From the NCBI GenBank assembly GCA_001771135.1, contig MESW01000003.1, positions 8,719 to 72,718 on the forward strand: a DNA stretch of 64,000 nucleotides, given 5' to 3'. This document shows positions 1 through 9,563 of the stretch, piece after piece. The stretch is from a candidate division CPR3 bacterium GWF2_35_18 (lineage in GTDB: Bacteria > Patescibacteriota > CPR3 > GWF2-35-18). The position numbers and the translations under genes are program-made. Under the pieces are notes generated by a model. That model saw only the letters and a list, made by a program, of their open reading frames with translations, made no database searches and was not told the DNA's origin. Numbering within the stretch: position 1 is the stretch's first letter; each line of letters begins with the position of its first letter.

Positions 1-238
1 TTTTCAGAAATTGGTTCAATATTCTTTTTAGTCCAGAAAAAGGGAAAATGATTTGGGAAATTAAAATCATTATTACTGACTGTATTAGATTTCGGGGAGT
101 GACGAACTTCTGGGGTATACTTTGTAATTTCGTTCATAATTATTAAATTTTTATAAATATGGGGTCCCCAATATATTCTAACATATGTATAAAACTTTGT
201 ATCCCAACTAGGATACTCTACAATTTATTCTTTTTAAA

Positions 239-312
239 TGCCCCTGGCGTGATTCGAACACGCGACCTACTGCTTAGAAGGCAGTCGCTCTATCCAGCTG
301 AGCTACAGGAGC
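239..312 (-). tRNA. tRNA-Arg (anticodon TCT)
   Basis: Cloverleaf read on minus strand: acceptor GCTCCTG/CAGGGGC, D-arm GCTCAGCTGGATAGAGC, anticodon loop CTTCTAA, T-arm GTTCGAATC; no encoded CCA. Confidence 0.8.
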
Positions 313-472
313 TTATCTAAATGTTAAAGCAGTGTCCTATCTAAAGCTATCTATAGAGAGAAATTTTTTAAATCAACGAATAGCTTGGAACGGGTCGCTC
401 TTTTTACTAACAAAAAGCGGGTGAATGGAATCGAACCGTCGACTATTTGTTGTTTGTCCGCAATGTACAAAG

Positions 473-546
473 TGGAGCGAGTGACGGGAATCGAACCCGT
501 ATCCTCTCCTTGGAAGGGAGATATTCTACCATTTAACTACACTCGC
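473..546 (-). tRNA. tRNA-Gly (anticodon TCC), CCA encoded
   Basis: Minus strand: acceptor GCGAGTG/CACTCGC, anticodon loop CTTCCAA, T-arm CGGGTTCGATTCCCG, 3' CCA. Confidence 0.8.
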
Positions 547-820
547 ATTTTTTTTGGCAGGTGGGGAAAGGATTCAATATTCCTGCCCTCCAATCGCTAT
601 GTTCTAGGTATTAGCAGACGGACCATTTAACCACACCCGCAAAAATATTAGAGAGATATTTTAATTATACACTATTTCGGTTTTTTTAAAGCAGACGACA
701 TTTTATCAAGAAGAAATAATCTTGCCAAGTAAATAACAACATATAAGAGTTGTTACCAAAGTTAGATGCCTTTGCTTTTTATTGCAAATTAAGGGAAGAT
801 AAGTATATAATTCCATTATT

Positions 821-1891
821 ATGAACAAACAAAATGTTATCCCAAATAGCTCTTCTGAAAAGTTTTTTGTCGCTCTTTTTCTCATCGCTACCGTATTTAT
901 TATTTTAATAATTAAACCATTTTTAACGACAATAATTTTTACACTGCTTATTGCCATCTATTTTTATCCTATTTACGATAAACTAGTTAGTTTTTTAAAA
1001 GGGAAAAAAGGAATAGCGTCATTCATAACTGCATCGTTAATACTTTTACTTATTATTATTCCAATAATAATTTTTTTCATAATAGCTATCGATCAGGCAG
1101 TGTCTTTTACAATGAAAATTATGCTTCAGATAAACAATGGGACGATTTCGATAGAAGATTATGTTTCGCAAATCAATAATCTGCTTAGTAGAATTCCCTT
1201 TGTTGATTATCAAATTTCAACAAAGATTGTTGTTAATAAAATCTTAGAAAACTCCCAATCAATAATTCAGACAGGAACAGATATTTTGGTTTTTGGTTCT
1301 CAAACAGCGGTTAGAGTCTTTGAACAGATAGCGGTATTTTTATTTTTGTTATACGGAATATTTCCAATGTTAAAGCCTTTACACGAAAAAATCATTAAAT
1401 TATCTCCACTTCCTCATGAAGTTGATGAAATGATTTTGCATCGGTTATATGATATGGGAAAAGCTGTCTTTTTAGGTATTGTGATTGTCGGTTTGGTTCA
1501 AGCTTCGATTGGCGGATTAGGCTTTATTATTGCTGGTATTCCAGCTGTAGCTTTTTGGATGTTACTACTAATTATTTTTTCAATTATTCCTATCCTTGGA
1601 GTCGGTTTTATCCTCGTTCCGGCAATTGTCTTTACTTTCTTTCAAGGACACGTACTGCAATCAATTATACTATTTATCAGCCTATTAATTGCTATTAATA
1701 TTGATAACTATTTAAGACCACTTCTTGTGGGAAAACAAACTTCTATTAACCCAGTATTACTTATTATCGCCTTACTGGGTGGATTAAAATTCTTTGGATT
1801 AATTGGAGTATTTATCGGACCAATGGTTTTAGTATTTATGCTTACTTTAGTTGAGGCTTATGAGAAGCATTACGTGATAAAGGAGAAGTAA
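821..1891 (+). CDS. Polytopic membrane protein, AI-2E (PerM/UPF0118)-like transporter family
   Basis: 356 aa, ~8 predicted TM helices, size and topology and C-terminal GP-containing helix typical of AI-2E family; family assignment by pattern only. Confidence 0.5.
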   Translation: MNKQNVIPNSSSEKFFVALFLIATVFIILIIKPFLTTIIFTLLIAIYFYPIYDKLVSFLKGKKGIASFITASLILLLIIIPIIIFFIIAIDQAVSFTMKIMLQINNGTISIEDYVSQINNLLSRIPFVDYQISTKIVVNKILENSQSIIQTGTDILVFGSQTAVRVFEQIAVFLFLLYGIFPMLKPLHEKIIKLSPLPHEVDEMILHRLYDMGKAVFLGIVIVGLVQASIGGLGFIIAGIPAVAFWMLLLIIFSIIPILGVGFILVPAIVFTFFQGHVLQSIILFISLLIAINIDNYLRPLLVGKQTSINPVLLIIALLGGLKFFGLIGVFIGPMVLVFMLTLVEAYEKHYVIKEK

Positions 1892-2432
1892 ATCGAGGTA
1901 AAGAGTACCCATGATTAGCATCTTTTTTCATAAAAAGTAAGTCTTTTTTAAAATTTTCAATATCGGTAAAACTATCGGCAATGTCAATTAGATTCTTGGA
2001 ACATGTTTTCCCAAAAGCTATAATTTCTACAAGACATCCTAATGATTGCTGTAAATAGTTAACAACCGGAATATAATCTCCATCTCCGCTAATTAAGATC
2101 ACAGAGTCAACTTTTTGCCCTAAACGAATTGCATCCATGGCAATCCCTACATCCCAGTCCCCTTTTTTGTTTCCTCCGGGGAAAATCTGAAGATCTTTTT
2201 CTTTGACTTCAAAACCAGCTTCATTGATAGCAGAGAAAAAATCACTTTCCTTTTCATTTATATCTGATTTAATTACATAAGCAATAGCTCGAGTCAAATT
2301 GCGGCTTTGAATAGCTAGTTTGAGAAGATTTTTGAAATTTATTCTTGAGTTATAAAGATTTTTGGCTGAATAGTAGAGATTCTGAACATCAACTAAAACC
2401 ACGATTCTCTGTTCTTTATTACGTACGATCAT
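1842..2432 (-). CDS. NYN/LabA-like (PIN-like) domain protein
   Basis: 196 aa; N-terminal VVLVDVQNLYY and GDGDY motifs characteristic of LabA/NYN domain. Confidence 0.6.
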   Translation of the reverse strand: MIVRNKEQRIVVLVDVQNLYYSAKNLYNSRINFKNLLKLAIQSRNLTRAIAYVIKSDINEKESDFFSAINEAGFEVKEKDLQIFPGGNKKGDWDVGIAMDAIRLGQKVDSVILISGDGDYIPVVNYLQQSLGCLVEIIAFGKTCSKNLIDIADSFTDIENFKKDLLFMKKDANHGYSLPRFTSPLSRNASHKPQLK

Positions 2433-2464
2433 AATATACCTTTGTAAATTAAATTATATTTTAA

Positions 2465-3670
2465 TTATACTACAAATTTACCTTTGGAATAGATAACCTT
2501 TTCACATCTATCTTTTAAAATAGCCGTAACCGTTCTATCGGTAGTGGAAATAAAGTCTGTATGTTCTGAGCTATCATTAAATCCTAATTTCTCCCAACTT
2601 TCTTTGGTAATTTGGGTGATATTTCCGTTGTAGCAGTCTTGGTATGCTTTTCCAATAGCAATATGGGTGTTTCCAAAAGGTCCGCCAATATTTTCATCAA
2701 ACAGAGTTTCCGCCATCACATGAGTAATTCGGGACATATCTTTATCTGTTAAAGAGAACTCTCCGATCTTGTTAGCATTTTTGGTTTTTAACATTTCCTG
2801 GAGGAGTTTATTCCCGGTTTTTGCCTTTGCCTTTACCACTATTCCTTTTTTGAATTCAAAATATACATCGCGGATAATATTTCCATATCGATACAAAGGT
2901 TCATTGAAATACATCCATCCTTCTGTTTCTCTCCAATCTGGAGAGGTAAAAATTTCGAAACTAGGGATATTACGACCACTACCGCCATTCCAGATACGAT
3001 TGCCACCTATTTTAATTTTTAAATTAGCATTTTTTCCTTCAATTTTTACATACTCTATTTTTAAACTGTTTAATTTTGTCTTAATTTTATTTTGTTCTTT
3101 AAATAACTTTTTCCATTCCGCGGTTGGATTTGGGAAATCCAGAAAACAACCTTTAATAATCTGTTTCCAGTAGTTTTTCAAAGAAAGATTTACCTCTTTT
3201 GCTTTTGCTTCTGTAGCCCAAAGAGCGATCGTCCAGGTATACTTGTCTTGATTTTCCTTTTTGGTAATCCAATCGCGGTAAGGTTTTTGGCTATTTCGAG
3301 AAAGCATGATTTTGGATGGAGGAATTTTTGAAAGTTCTTCCGGATAAGGATCGGCAATAATCACCACCTGATGATCAAGCATTTGGGCCTTGGCTTTTAA
3401 GAAATTTTCTGGGAAAAAGGTAAGCTGTTTATCTGAAGCGAGAGCATAATAATCTTTATCAAAACCAGTAGGAATTAGTCTTAGAATCGGATGGCCTCCG
3501 GCCTTAAGTGTGGCATTTTGTAGCTCAAGAGCCAGAGGTTTGGCACAATCGGGAATGGAAATTTGTACGACTTCATCTTTTTGAATTCCCTTTCCAGAAT
3601 TCAGGGCAAAATTGATAAGAATCTCAGCGTATTTTTTGAGAATATTTTTTGAAGGATACATATTTAGCAT
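2465..3670 (-). CDS. Aminopeptidase, M29 (AmpS/PepS aminopeptidase T) family
   Basis: 401 aa; C-terminal GNTHIAIG and SEHTDF motifs typical of M29 family. Confidence 0.6.
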   Translation of the reverse strand: MLNMYPSKNILKKYAEILINFALNSGKGIQKDEVVQISIPDCAKPLALELQNATLKAGGHPILRLIPTGFDKDYYALASDKQLTFFPENFLKAKAQMLDHQVVIIADPYPEELSKIPPSKIMLSRNSQKPYRDWITKKENQDKYTWTIALWATEAKAKEVNLSLKNYWKQIIKGCFLDFPNPTAEWKKLFKEQNKIKTKLNSLKIEYVKIEGKNANLKIKIGGNRIWNGGSGRNIPSFEIFTSPDWRETEGWMYFNEPLYRYGNIIRDVYFEFKKGIVVKAKAKTGNKLLQEMLKTKNANKIGEFSLTDKDMSRITHVMAETLFDENIGGPFGNTHIAIGKAYQDCYNGNITQITKESWEKLGFNDSSEHTDFISTTDRTVTAILKDRCEKVIYSKGKFVV

Positions 3671-3832
3671 ATTATATTAATATAATCACTATTTGCAATT
3701 TAAGATGTTGCTGTATGGCTAATACTCAACTACTTTTTTGGCAAATTCAAGGAAGTTGAGTATATATTTCTATGTATAATACAGGTTCAACGTGTTAAAA
3801 TCAATTTTTATAAATAGGATATTCATTTTATT

Positions 3833-4810
3833 ATGAAAGAAAAAGTAAATATTTGGCAAAAACTAAAGAAACCAATTATAGCTCTTGCTCCAATGGAAGG
3901 GGTGACCGATACAGTTTTACGACAAATGATTTGTAAAACTGGAAAACCAGATCTTTTTTTCACCGAATTTGTAAACTGCGATGGTCTTACTTCCGAAGGT
4001 CGAGATGTTGTACAGCGTAGATTAAAATTTGAAAAACATGAAAAACCACTTATTCTGCAACTTTGGGGAAGCAATCCGGATACTTTTTATGAAGCCGCGA
4101 AGTTAGTCTCTGATTTTGGATTTGATGGAATTGATATTAATATGGGATGTCCCCAAAAAGATGTAATGCAACATCAAGCGGGTGCTGCACTCATAGATAA
4201 ATATGATACAGTAAAAGAAATAATCGCGGCAGTTAAAAAGGGTGCACCAAATCTTCCTATCAGTATCAAAATCCGTCTAGGAATAAAAAATAATAATATT
4301 TTACCATGGGTGAATTTTCTTCTTGAACATCAAATTCAAGCTTTGACTATTCATGGTCGAAGCGTCAAAGAAGGGTTTAGTGGTTTGGTTCATTGGGACA
4401 AAATTGGAGAGATTGTAAAATTAAGAGACAGTATGAATTTAAATACTATAATTATCGGTAATGGTAGTATTAAAAATTTAGGACAAGGCTTTGACATTGT
4501 GAAACAATTGAACCTTAATGGTTTTATGATTGGAAGAGAGATTCTCCGAAATCCTTGGGTTTTTGACGATTGTATTAATCCAAATATGGTAACTTTGGGA
4601 AAAAGATTAGATTTATTACAAAAACATATTTTACTTTATGTCAAAACTTGGGGAAAGACGAAAAATTTTGCCAATCTCCGGAAATTTTATACAATGTATT
4701 TATCAGGTTTTCCGGGAGCAAGTAATTTAAGACAACAATTAATGCAACAAAATTCAATTGAAAAATCGATGCAACTATTAAAAAATTATAGAAAGGAAAA
4801 CTATGACTAA
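3833..4810 (+). CDS. dus: tRNA-dihydrouridine synthase
   Basis: 325 aa; ALAPMEGVTD and MGCPQ motifs, TIM-barrel Dus family signature. Confidence 0.85.
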   Translation: MKEKVNIWQKLKKPIIALAPMEGVTDTVLRQMICKTGKPDLFFTEFVNCDGLTSEGRDVVQRRLKFEKHEKPLILQLWGSNPDTFYEAAKLVSDFGFDGIDINMGCPQKDVMQHQAGAALIDKYDTVKEIIAAVKKGAPNLPISIKIRLGIKNNNILPWVNFLLEHQIQALTIHGRSVKEGFSGLVHWDKIGEIVKLRDSMNLNTIIIGNGSIKNLGQGFDIVKQLNLNGFMIGREILRNPWVFDDCINPNMVTLGKRLDLLQKHILLYVKTWGKTKNFANLRKFYTMYLSGFPGASNLRQQLMQQNSIEKSMQLLKNYRKENYD

Positions 4811-5234
4811 AATTCGTATTTTATCTTTTGGAAATATTAAATCATATGCTTTAAAAGATTTAACCAATTATTATCAAAAATTAGTTTCCAAATATAGTAT
4901 GCTAGAGTTAGTAGTCTGTAAAGATCCTGGAGAGAGAAAAATTAGTAGCACTGATTTTCAAAAAATTGGTTATACCGTAGTTCTATCAGATCAAGGTCAA
5001 TCATTTGATACTTTAAAATTCAAAGAATTCATTGTTGATAGATTTAACCAAGAAGGGCAGATCACCTTTCTGATTGGAAATGCATATGGACTAGATGAAT
5101 CGGCTTTGAAACAAGCAGATTTAGTATTATCTCTATCCCCGATGACCTTGAATCATGAGCTGACTTTTATTATTCTTTTAGAACAGCTTTATAGAATTCT
5201 AAACTTACACGCCGGTGGTAAATATCACAAATAA
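4803..5234 (+). CDS. rlmH: 23S rRNA (pseudouridine1915-N3)-methyltransferase RlmH (SPOUT)
   Basis: 143 aa; C-terminal LSLSPMTLNHELTFIILLEQLYRILNLHAGGKYHK aligns with RlmH C-terminus (…LTLPHPLVRVLLAEQLYRA…HPYHR); overlaps dus stop. Confidence 0.8.
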   Translation: MTKIRILSFGNIKSYALKDLTNYYQKLVSKYSMLELVVCKDPGERKISSTDFQKIGYTVVLSDQGQSFDTLKFKEFIVDRFNQEGQITFLIGNAYGLDESALKQADLVLSLSPMTLNHELTFIILLEQLYRILNLHAGGKYHK

Positions 5235-5239
5235 TTTCC

Positions 5240-5974
5240 ATGAACAAAAGAATTAAAATATTCTGTTTACATGGTCTTGGAGGTAGTACAAACTCTTCTT
5301 TAGGGTTATTACAGTATCTTGACCAGAAAAAATTTGAGCTACTCCCAATAGCTTTACCAGGAAGTCGATTTGAAAAATTCCATGCAGAAAAAAGCTTAAA
5401 ACAATACAGCGATTTTGTCGTTAATAAAATAAAAGAATCAAAGTCAGATAGTTTTTATCTATTAGGATTTTCTTTTGGTGGACTGATTGCTCATGATATT
5501 TCCGAGAGATATCCGGAATATTTTTCTAATGAGTTGAAAGGAATCGTCGTTTGGGCGCCTCCCTTCTTAGGTTTGAACCGTTTTTTAAACATTTTTTATA
5601 GTTCCTTAATTCTTACGTCTTTTTTAATGAGTAATCCAAAGAATCTAAATCTAGTCATGAAAGCTGCCAATTTTCTTGGAGTGGGATTAAATAAGGGTGA
5701 TACCGAAGACTTAATTCTGACTGATAAACAGGCTTTGAAATCAGGAATGAATATTATTAAGTCGAGTAAATACAACTTTAACTCTTCATTAAAAAGACTG
5801 TATATTTTTGGAAAACCAGACGTTTTTGTTAGTCCTAAGAATTATGATTATGTTCAGAAGATGATTGAAAATAATCACAACTCACAGGTTTTACTTATTC
5901 CTTCCGGAGGACATTTTGGAAACGAAAAAAGCTTTAGACAGGTAAATTCAGAAATTAGTCACTTTTTAATTTAA
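5240..5974 (+). CDS. alpha/beta-hydrolase fold protein
   Basis: 244 aa; HGLGGS and nucleophile elbow GFSFGG. Confidence 0.6.
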   Translation: MNKRIKIFCLHGLGGSTNSSLGLLQYLDQKKFELLPIALPGSRFEKFHAEKSLKQYSDFVVNKIKESKSDSFYLLGFSFGGLIAHDISERYPEYFSNELKGIVVWAPPFLGLNRFLNIFYSSLILTSFLMSNPKNLNLVMKAANFLGVGLNKGDTEDLILTDKQALKSGMNIIKSSKYNFNSSLKRLYIFGKPDVFVSPKNYDYVQKMIENNHNSQVLLIPSGGHFGNEKSFRQVNSEISHFLI

Positions 5975-6600
5975 GAAATTTTCGGGAACTTTTAGTGGAG
6001 CTAGATGTGATCCTGATGACTTTCCTTTTTCCCCTATATATTTTAAAGTAACAGATTTAGCTTGAGGATATAAGAATCTGGCAAAAATTTCCGGATGGGC
6101 AATACATAAATCTCCAAGTAATTTGTCATCACCACTTTGCATCGCAGTTTCCAGTTGACCTTGTATTTCAGGATTAATCTCTTGAGGATAACCTAAACTT
6201 GCGATCTGTTTTCTAATTGTTCTTCCATATCCAGTTCCAGGAAAAACAAGATCTTCTACCGGAAAAATCGCTTCTACGTCAAAGGTATGGAGTCCATCAC
6301 AGACTGGACTACGAGTTTCGTTTGCAAGTAAATGATGCATTAATTCAGGAGGTGTATGTAAATCAACGAACTGACAGATTGAATTGAAGATTTTAATGCT
6401 TTCACCAAGTTCACGGCGAAAATTAGGATTGGCTGTAACAGCACGATCAATCACATCGGTTAAGAAAGGAATATTCAGGCTAGCCGATTGTTTCAGTTCT
6501 TCTGTAAAGAATTCTCTACCATCCTTATAACTTAAGATATTTCCTAAAGCACCTAAAATTTGAGTGATGGTTTTTTGGTCAAAAGCTTCTTTTGGATCCT
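5966..6600 (-). CDS. Hypothetical protein; reading frame open upstream of the annotated start to ~6600 with no canonical start codon (possible frameshift/split with upstream gene)
   Basis: ORF track 5966..6454 begins at GTG, but same frame stays open to the stop of the upstream gene at 6601 (EDPKEAFDQKTITQ…); conserved-looking core FPGTGYGRTIRKQI. Confidence 0.35.
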
Positions 6601-7416
6601 CTATTCTTTGGAGATTTTTTTCAATAAAGGATAATTTGATTTTCCACTTTCATCTCTAGATCTTAATTCATGTTGAACAGCTTTTGCAAATTCACTTTCT
6701 GGGATAGAAATTTCTCCACTAGCCATTTTTTCATGAACATTTTCGTTTAATCTCTGAGCTTCTTCATCTAGCTGAGCGTTTAAGCGCATTCGCATCTCTT
6801 CTAAAGTAATCCAAGTTACTTGCTCTGTAAATCCTTTAAACATTGTCGTACCATCAGCTTTTTTCCCTTCGTCAATAATGTCAATGACAGCGGTCGGACT
6901 AATCGATCTCAATGTTCTTTTTATATTATCATTTTCTGGAGGAATCTGATTCACAAGACCAGCAAGTTCTACTGCCGTACGAGCTCCGTCCGAAAATCCG
7001 ATAATTTTGACATCATGAGTAGCAAGGTTAAAATCGATTTCTTTGTTGCCATGTTTACTTTCAAGTTCCAGAGCTCTGAGAACAAGTTGGGCTTCAACAT
7101 CGGATCCTGGGTTGTGAGGGAGATTTTCAAAACGAGGAACAATTAAAACACTGTTGCGTTCTTTTGCCTGTTCAATAATTGCGGCGGAAAGTTCATTCGG
7201 TTTTACCGGATCGGTTTCCATGAAGCCCATGGTGTAAAAATCAATGGGATAATCCTGCGCTTTTCCGTGTTCTGTTTCACTACGAAAATCCATGATATAG
7301 ATAGAAAATTCCTCGCCATCGATTTCATAACGACGTTCAAATTCACCAAGATGGTATTGTTGAAGTTGTTCTTTACTGAGTCGGGAATCAACGTAGGGAA
7401 TATGTCTTTTGGGCAT
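6601..7416 (-). CDS. Hypothetical protein (start moved to MPKRH to clear tRNA-Pro)
   Basis: Long ORF, AT-rich host codon usage; 5' 57 nt of track ORF would approach tRNA at 7438. Confidence 0.5.
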   Translation of the reverse strand: MPKRHIPYVDSRLSKEQLQQYHLGEFERRYEIDGEEFSIYIMDFRSETEHGKAQDYPIDFYTMGFMETDPVKPNELSAAIIEQAKERNSVLIVPRFENLPHNPGSDVEAQLVLRALELESKHGNKEIDFNLATHDVKIIGFSDGARTAVELAGLVNQIPPENDNIKRTLRSISPTAVIDIIDEGKKADGTTMFKGFTEQVTWITLEEMRMRLNAQLDEEAQRLNENVHEKMASGEISIPESEFAKAVQHELRSRDESGKSNYPLLKKISKE

Positions 7417-7437
7417 ATTATTTTTCTTTAATAATAT

Positions 7438-7515
7438 TGGTCGGAGCGACTGGACTCGAACCAGCGACCTCACGCTCCCAAAGCGTGCGTTCTAGCCATC
7501 TGAACTACGCTCCGA
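7438..7515 (-). tRNA. tRNA-Pro (anticodon TGG), CCA encoded
   Basis: Minus strand: acceptor CGGAGCG/CGCTCCG, anticodon loop TTTGGGA, T-arm GGTTCGAGTCC, CCA. Confidence 0.85.
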
Positions 7516-7558
7516 CAAAAATCTATAAGCAGTTTAGAAATTACTAATAGTAAAAATA

Positions 7559-7643
7559 TGCCGAGGGCGGGAGTCGAACCCGCACGGAATTTTATTTCCA
7601 CTGGATTTTAAGTCCAGCGTGTCTGCCATTCCACCACCCCGGC
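7559..7643 (-). tRNA. tRNA-Leu (anticodon TAA), class II with long variable arm
   Basis: Minus strand: acceptor GCCGGGG/CCTCGGC (one G-U), anticodon loop CTTAAAA, variable arm, T-arm GGTTCGACTCC. Confidence 0.8.
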
Positions 7644-7812
7644 AAAATAAGAAGTTAAGAGTAAAAAGTACAGTTTCAGATTATACCTGAATTACTTGAA
7701 TTTGCAAAATATACTCATCTTATTAAATTTGTAATAAATGTAGATGAGTGTTACTCATTTAACAACAAATTAAGTTACAAATTGAATTTAAATGGGTATA
7801 ATGTTTGCCTTT

Positions 7813-8670
7813 TTAGTTACAGTTTGCGGCCTTTTTAAATCCAGCGTTTATAGCATCTTCTTCAGTACAAAAATACTTTTCCCCTCTTTTCTCATCTATT
7901 ACTGTCTGATCATAGTCTTTGCAGGTAATTAAATGGTAGATTTTTTCACCAGCCCATGAGATATTACCTTTTATAGTGCATTCATTTGAATCTATTACTG
8001 TTTGTTCTGAATCTGTACTACAAATATTACCCCAAAGACCAATTTCTTGTGTTCGTGCCGTTTCTTCTGCTTGTTCCAAAACTTCTTGGTATTTTACATC
8101 TGGAGGATAGGTTGAGACTTCCGCATATCCTTCTTTTACTAAATATTCATTAACAAAAAGATTATCGAGATATACATAACGCAGCAATCTTCCATAAGAG
8201 TCAGTTTCGGAAACATCTTTTACAAGGCTTACCCGTGTATTTTCTAATAATGATTTCAAAAAGTCAGAGGCTTCTTGGCCATAACACTCAACAGTTTTAT
8301 TTGGAGCGACAGTCTCTGGAGTATTGATGCCTATTAGACGGATTTTTTGTCCGCTATAAATTTCAAAAGTATCTCCATCAATTACCCTGGTTACAAGTAC
8401 AGTGTTTTGATCTTGAGTTGCACTTGAAGTACTTTCATTATTTTTGAAATCATAGGATTTTAAAGTATTTGAATTTGTGTCGTTGGAATTCTTGTTTCCG
8501 GCAGAGATATTGAAAAAAACAATTAACAGAAGTAGAGAGATTATAGAGAATAGAAAGAATTGTTTGCCACCTTTATTAAAACGGGGTTTCCTCCCATATG
8601 CGGCGGCAATAATTACTTCAAATATAAATGCAAACATTTGGGTAAAAAAACGAGACACTTTTTGCAACAT
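7813..8670 (-). CDS. Membrane-anchored thermonuclease (staphylococcal nuclease/SNase-like) with C-terminal Cys-rich domain
   Basis: 285 aa; N-terminal TM; RVIDGDTFEI…IRLIGINTPE…ECYGQEA…YGRLLRYVY SNase motifs; C-terminal 4-Cys segment. Confidence 0.8.
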   Translation of the reverse strand: MLQKVSRFFTQMFAFIFEVIIAAAYGRKPRFNKGGKQFFLFSIISLLLLIVFFNISAGNKNSNDTNSNTLKSYDFKNNESTSSATQDQNTVLVTRVIDGDTFEIYSGQKIRLIGINTPETVAPNKTVECYGQEASDFLKSLLENTRVSLVKDVSETDSYGRLLRYVYLDNLFVNEYLVKEGYAEVSTYPPDVKYQEVLEQAEETARTQEIGLWGNICSTDSEQTVIDSNECTIKGNISWAGEKIYHLITCKDYDQTVIDEKRGEKYFCTEEDAINAGFKKAANCN

Positions 8671-8826
8671 AATTTTTTATCAATTGTTGATTATTATCTA
8701 CTAATCTTATCACAAAACAAAATTGACGAAAATTGGCAAAAGGTGATATATTGACGACTGTGTTTTTTGTTGGTACGTTACTAATACGAATAATTGTTAA
8801 GTAGCCAATTAATTATCATTAAGTGA

Positions 8827-8913
8827 GGGCGAGTGGCGGAATTGGTATACGCGTAACGTTGAGGTCGTTATGGGAGCAATCCCGTGGAGGTTCAAGTCCT
8901 CTCTCGCCCACCA
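8827..8913 (+). tRNA. tRNA-Leu (anticodon GAG), CCA encoded
   Basis: Acceptor GGGCGAG/CTCGCCC, anticodon arm TAACG-TTGAGGT-CGTTA, long variable arm, T-arm GGTTCAAGTCC, CCA. Confidence 0.85.
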
Positions 8914-8938
8914 GTTAGTTAATCTTAATGATGCCAAA

Positions 8939-9015
8939 GGCCGCTTAGCTCAGCTGGTTAGAGCGCTTCGTTTACATCGAAGATGTCGGGGGTTCGAATC
9001 CCTCAGCGGCCACCA
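8939..9015 (+). tRNA. tRNA-Val (anticodon TAC), CCA encoded
   Basis: Acceptor GGCCGCT/AGCGGCC, D-arm GCTCAGCTGGTTAGAGC, anticodon arm CTTCG-TTTACAT-CGAAG, T-arm GGTTCGAATCC, CCA. Confidence 0.9.
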
Positions 9016-9034
9016 GAGTTTATACTTAAATAAA

Positions 9035-9367
9035 ATGCAAATTGGATTACGAGAGCAAAAAGAAGATTTAATTGTACAGGAAACAATTGCTGATAAAGAT
9101 ATTCTTGACTGGATGAGAGTAGTAGAAGATATTGATAATATGGAAGGAAATAAAGTTAGTGGTGATGTTTTGCATTTTATTAAAGGATTAGTTCCTCCAG
9201 AGGAAAATTTTAGTCTTTCAAGAAATTATCTTATAGAACAGATGAGGAATTATTTTGATTCATTAAAAGATAGTGGATATTCTGAAAAGGAATTAGAACA
9301 GGCTTGGAGTATGCTCAGAATAAGTGGTATTAACGAAGCGGAATTATTTGATAATCAAGAAATTTGA
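9035..9367 (+). CDS. Small hypothetical protein inside tRNA array
   Basis: 110-aa ORF (MQIGLREQ…) after trimming the part of track ORF 8870..9367 that overlaps two tRNAs. Confidence 0.35.
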   Translation: MQIGLREQKEDLIVQETIADKDILDWMRVVEDIDNMEGNKVSGDVLHFIKGLVPPEENFSLSRNYLIEQMRNYFDSLKDSGYSEKELEQAWSMLRISGINEAELFDNQEI

Positions 9368-9371
9368 TTTT

Positions 9372-9445
9372 GCCGAGGTAGCTCAGTGGTAGAGCACTGG
9401 TCTGAAAAACCAGGTGTCGACAGTCCGATTCTGTCCCTCGGCACC
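9372..9445 (+). tRNA. tRNA-Phe (anticodon GAA), CCA encoded; atypical anticodon loop length
   Basis: Acceptor GCCGAGG/CCTCGGC, D-arm GCTCAGTGGTAGAGC, anticodon region CTGGT-CTGAAA-ACCAG (6-nt loop, or 4-bp stem with 8-nt loop), T-arm GTCCGATTC. Confidence 0.7.
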
Positions 9446-9479
9446 AAGTTAACAAACACATTTTTTGATTATCGGTTGG

Positions 9480-9556
9480 GCGGGAGTAGTTCAGCTGGCT
9501 AGAACGACACATTGCCAATGTGTAGGTCGCGGGTTCGAACCCCGTCTCCCGCTCCA
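9480..9556 (+). tRNA. tRNA-Gly (anticodon GCC), CCA encoded
   Basis: Acceptor GCGGGAG/CTCCCGC, anticodon arm ACACA-TTGCCAA-TGTGT, T-arm GGTTCGAACCC, CCA. Confidence 0.9.
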
Positions 9557-9563
9557 AAGACTT

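Noticed and set aside
385-630. 81-aa plus-strand ORF from the track
   Set aside because: It lies entirely over tRNA-Gly and tRNA-like sequences on the opposite strand; translation of tRNA DNA; no RBS.
2769-3173. 134-aa plus-strand ORF antisense to the M29 aminopeptidase gene
   Set aside because: Low-complexity translation embedded in a well-supported gene on the other strand.
8870-9034. N-terminal 55 aa of track ORF 8870..9367
   Set aside because: Overlaps tRNA-Leu(GAG) and tRNA-Val(TAC) on the same strand; trimmed to internal Met at 9035.
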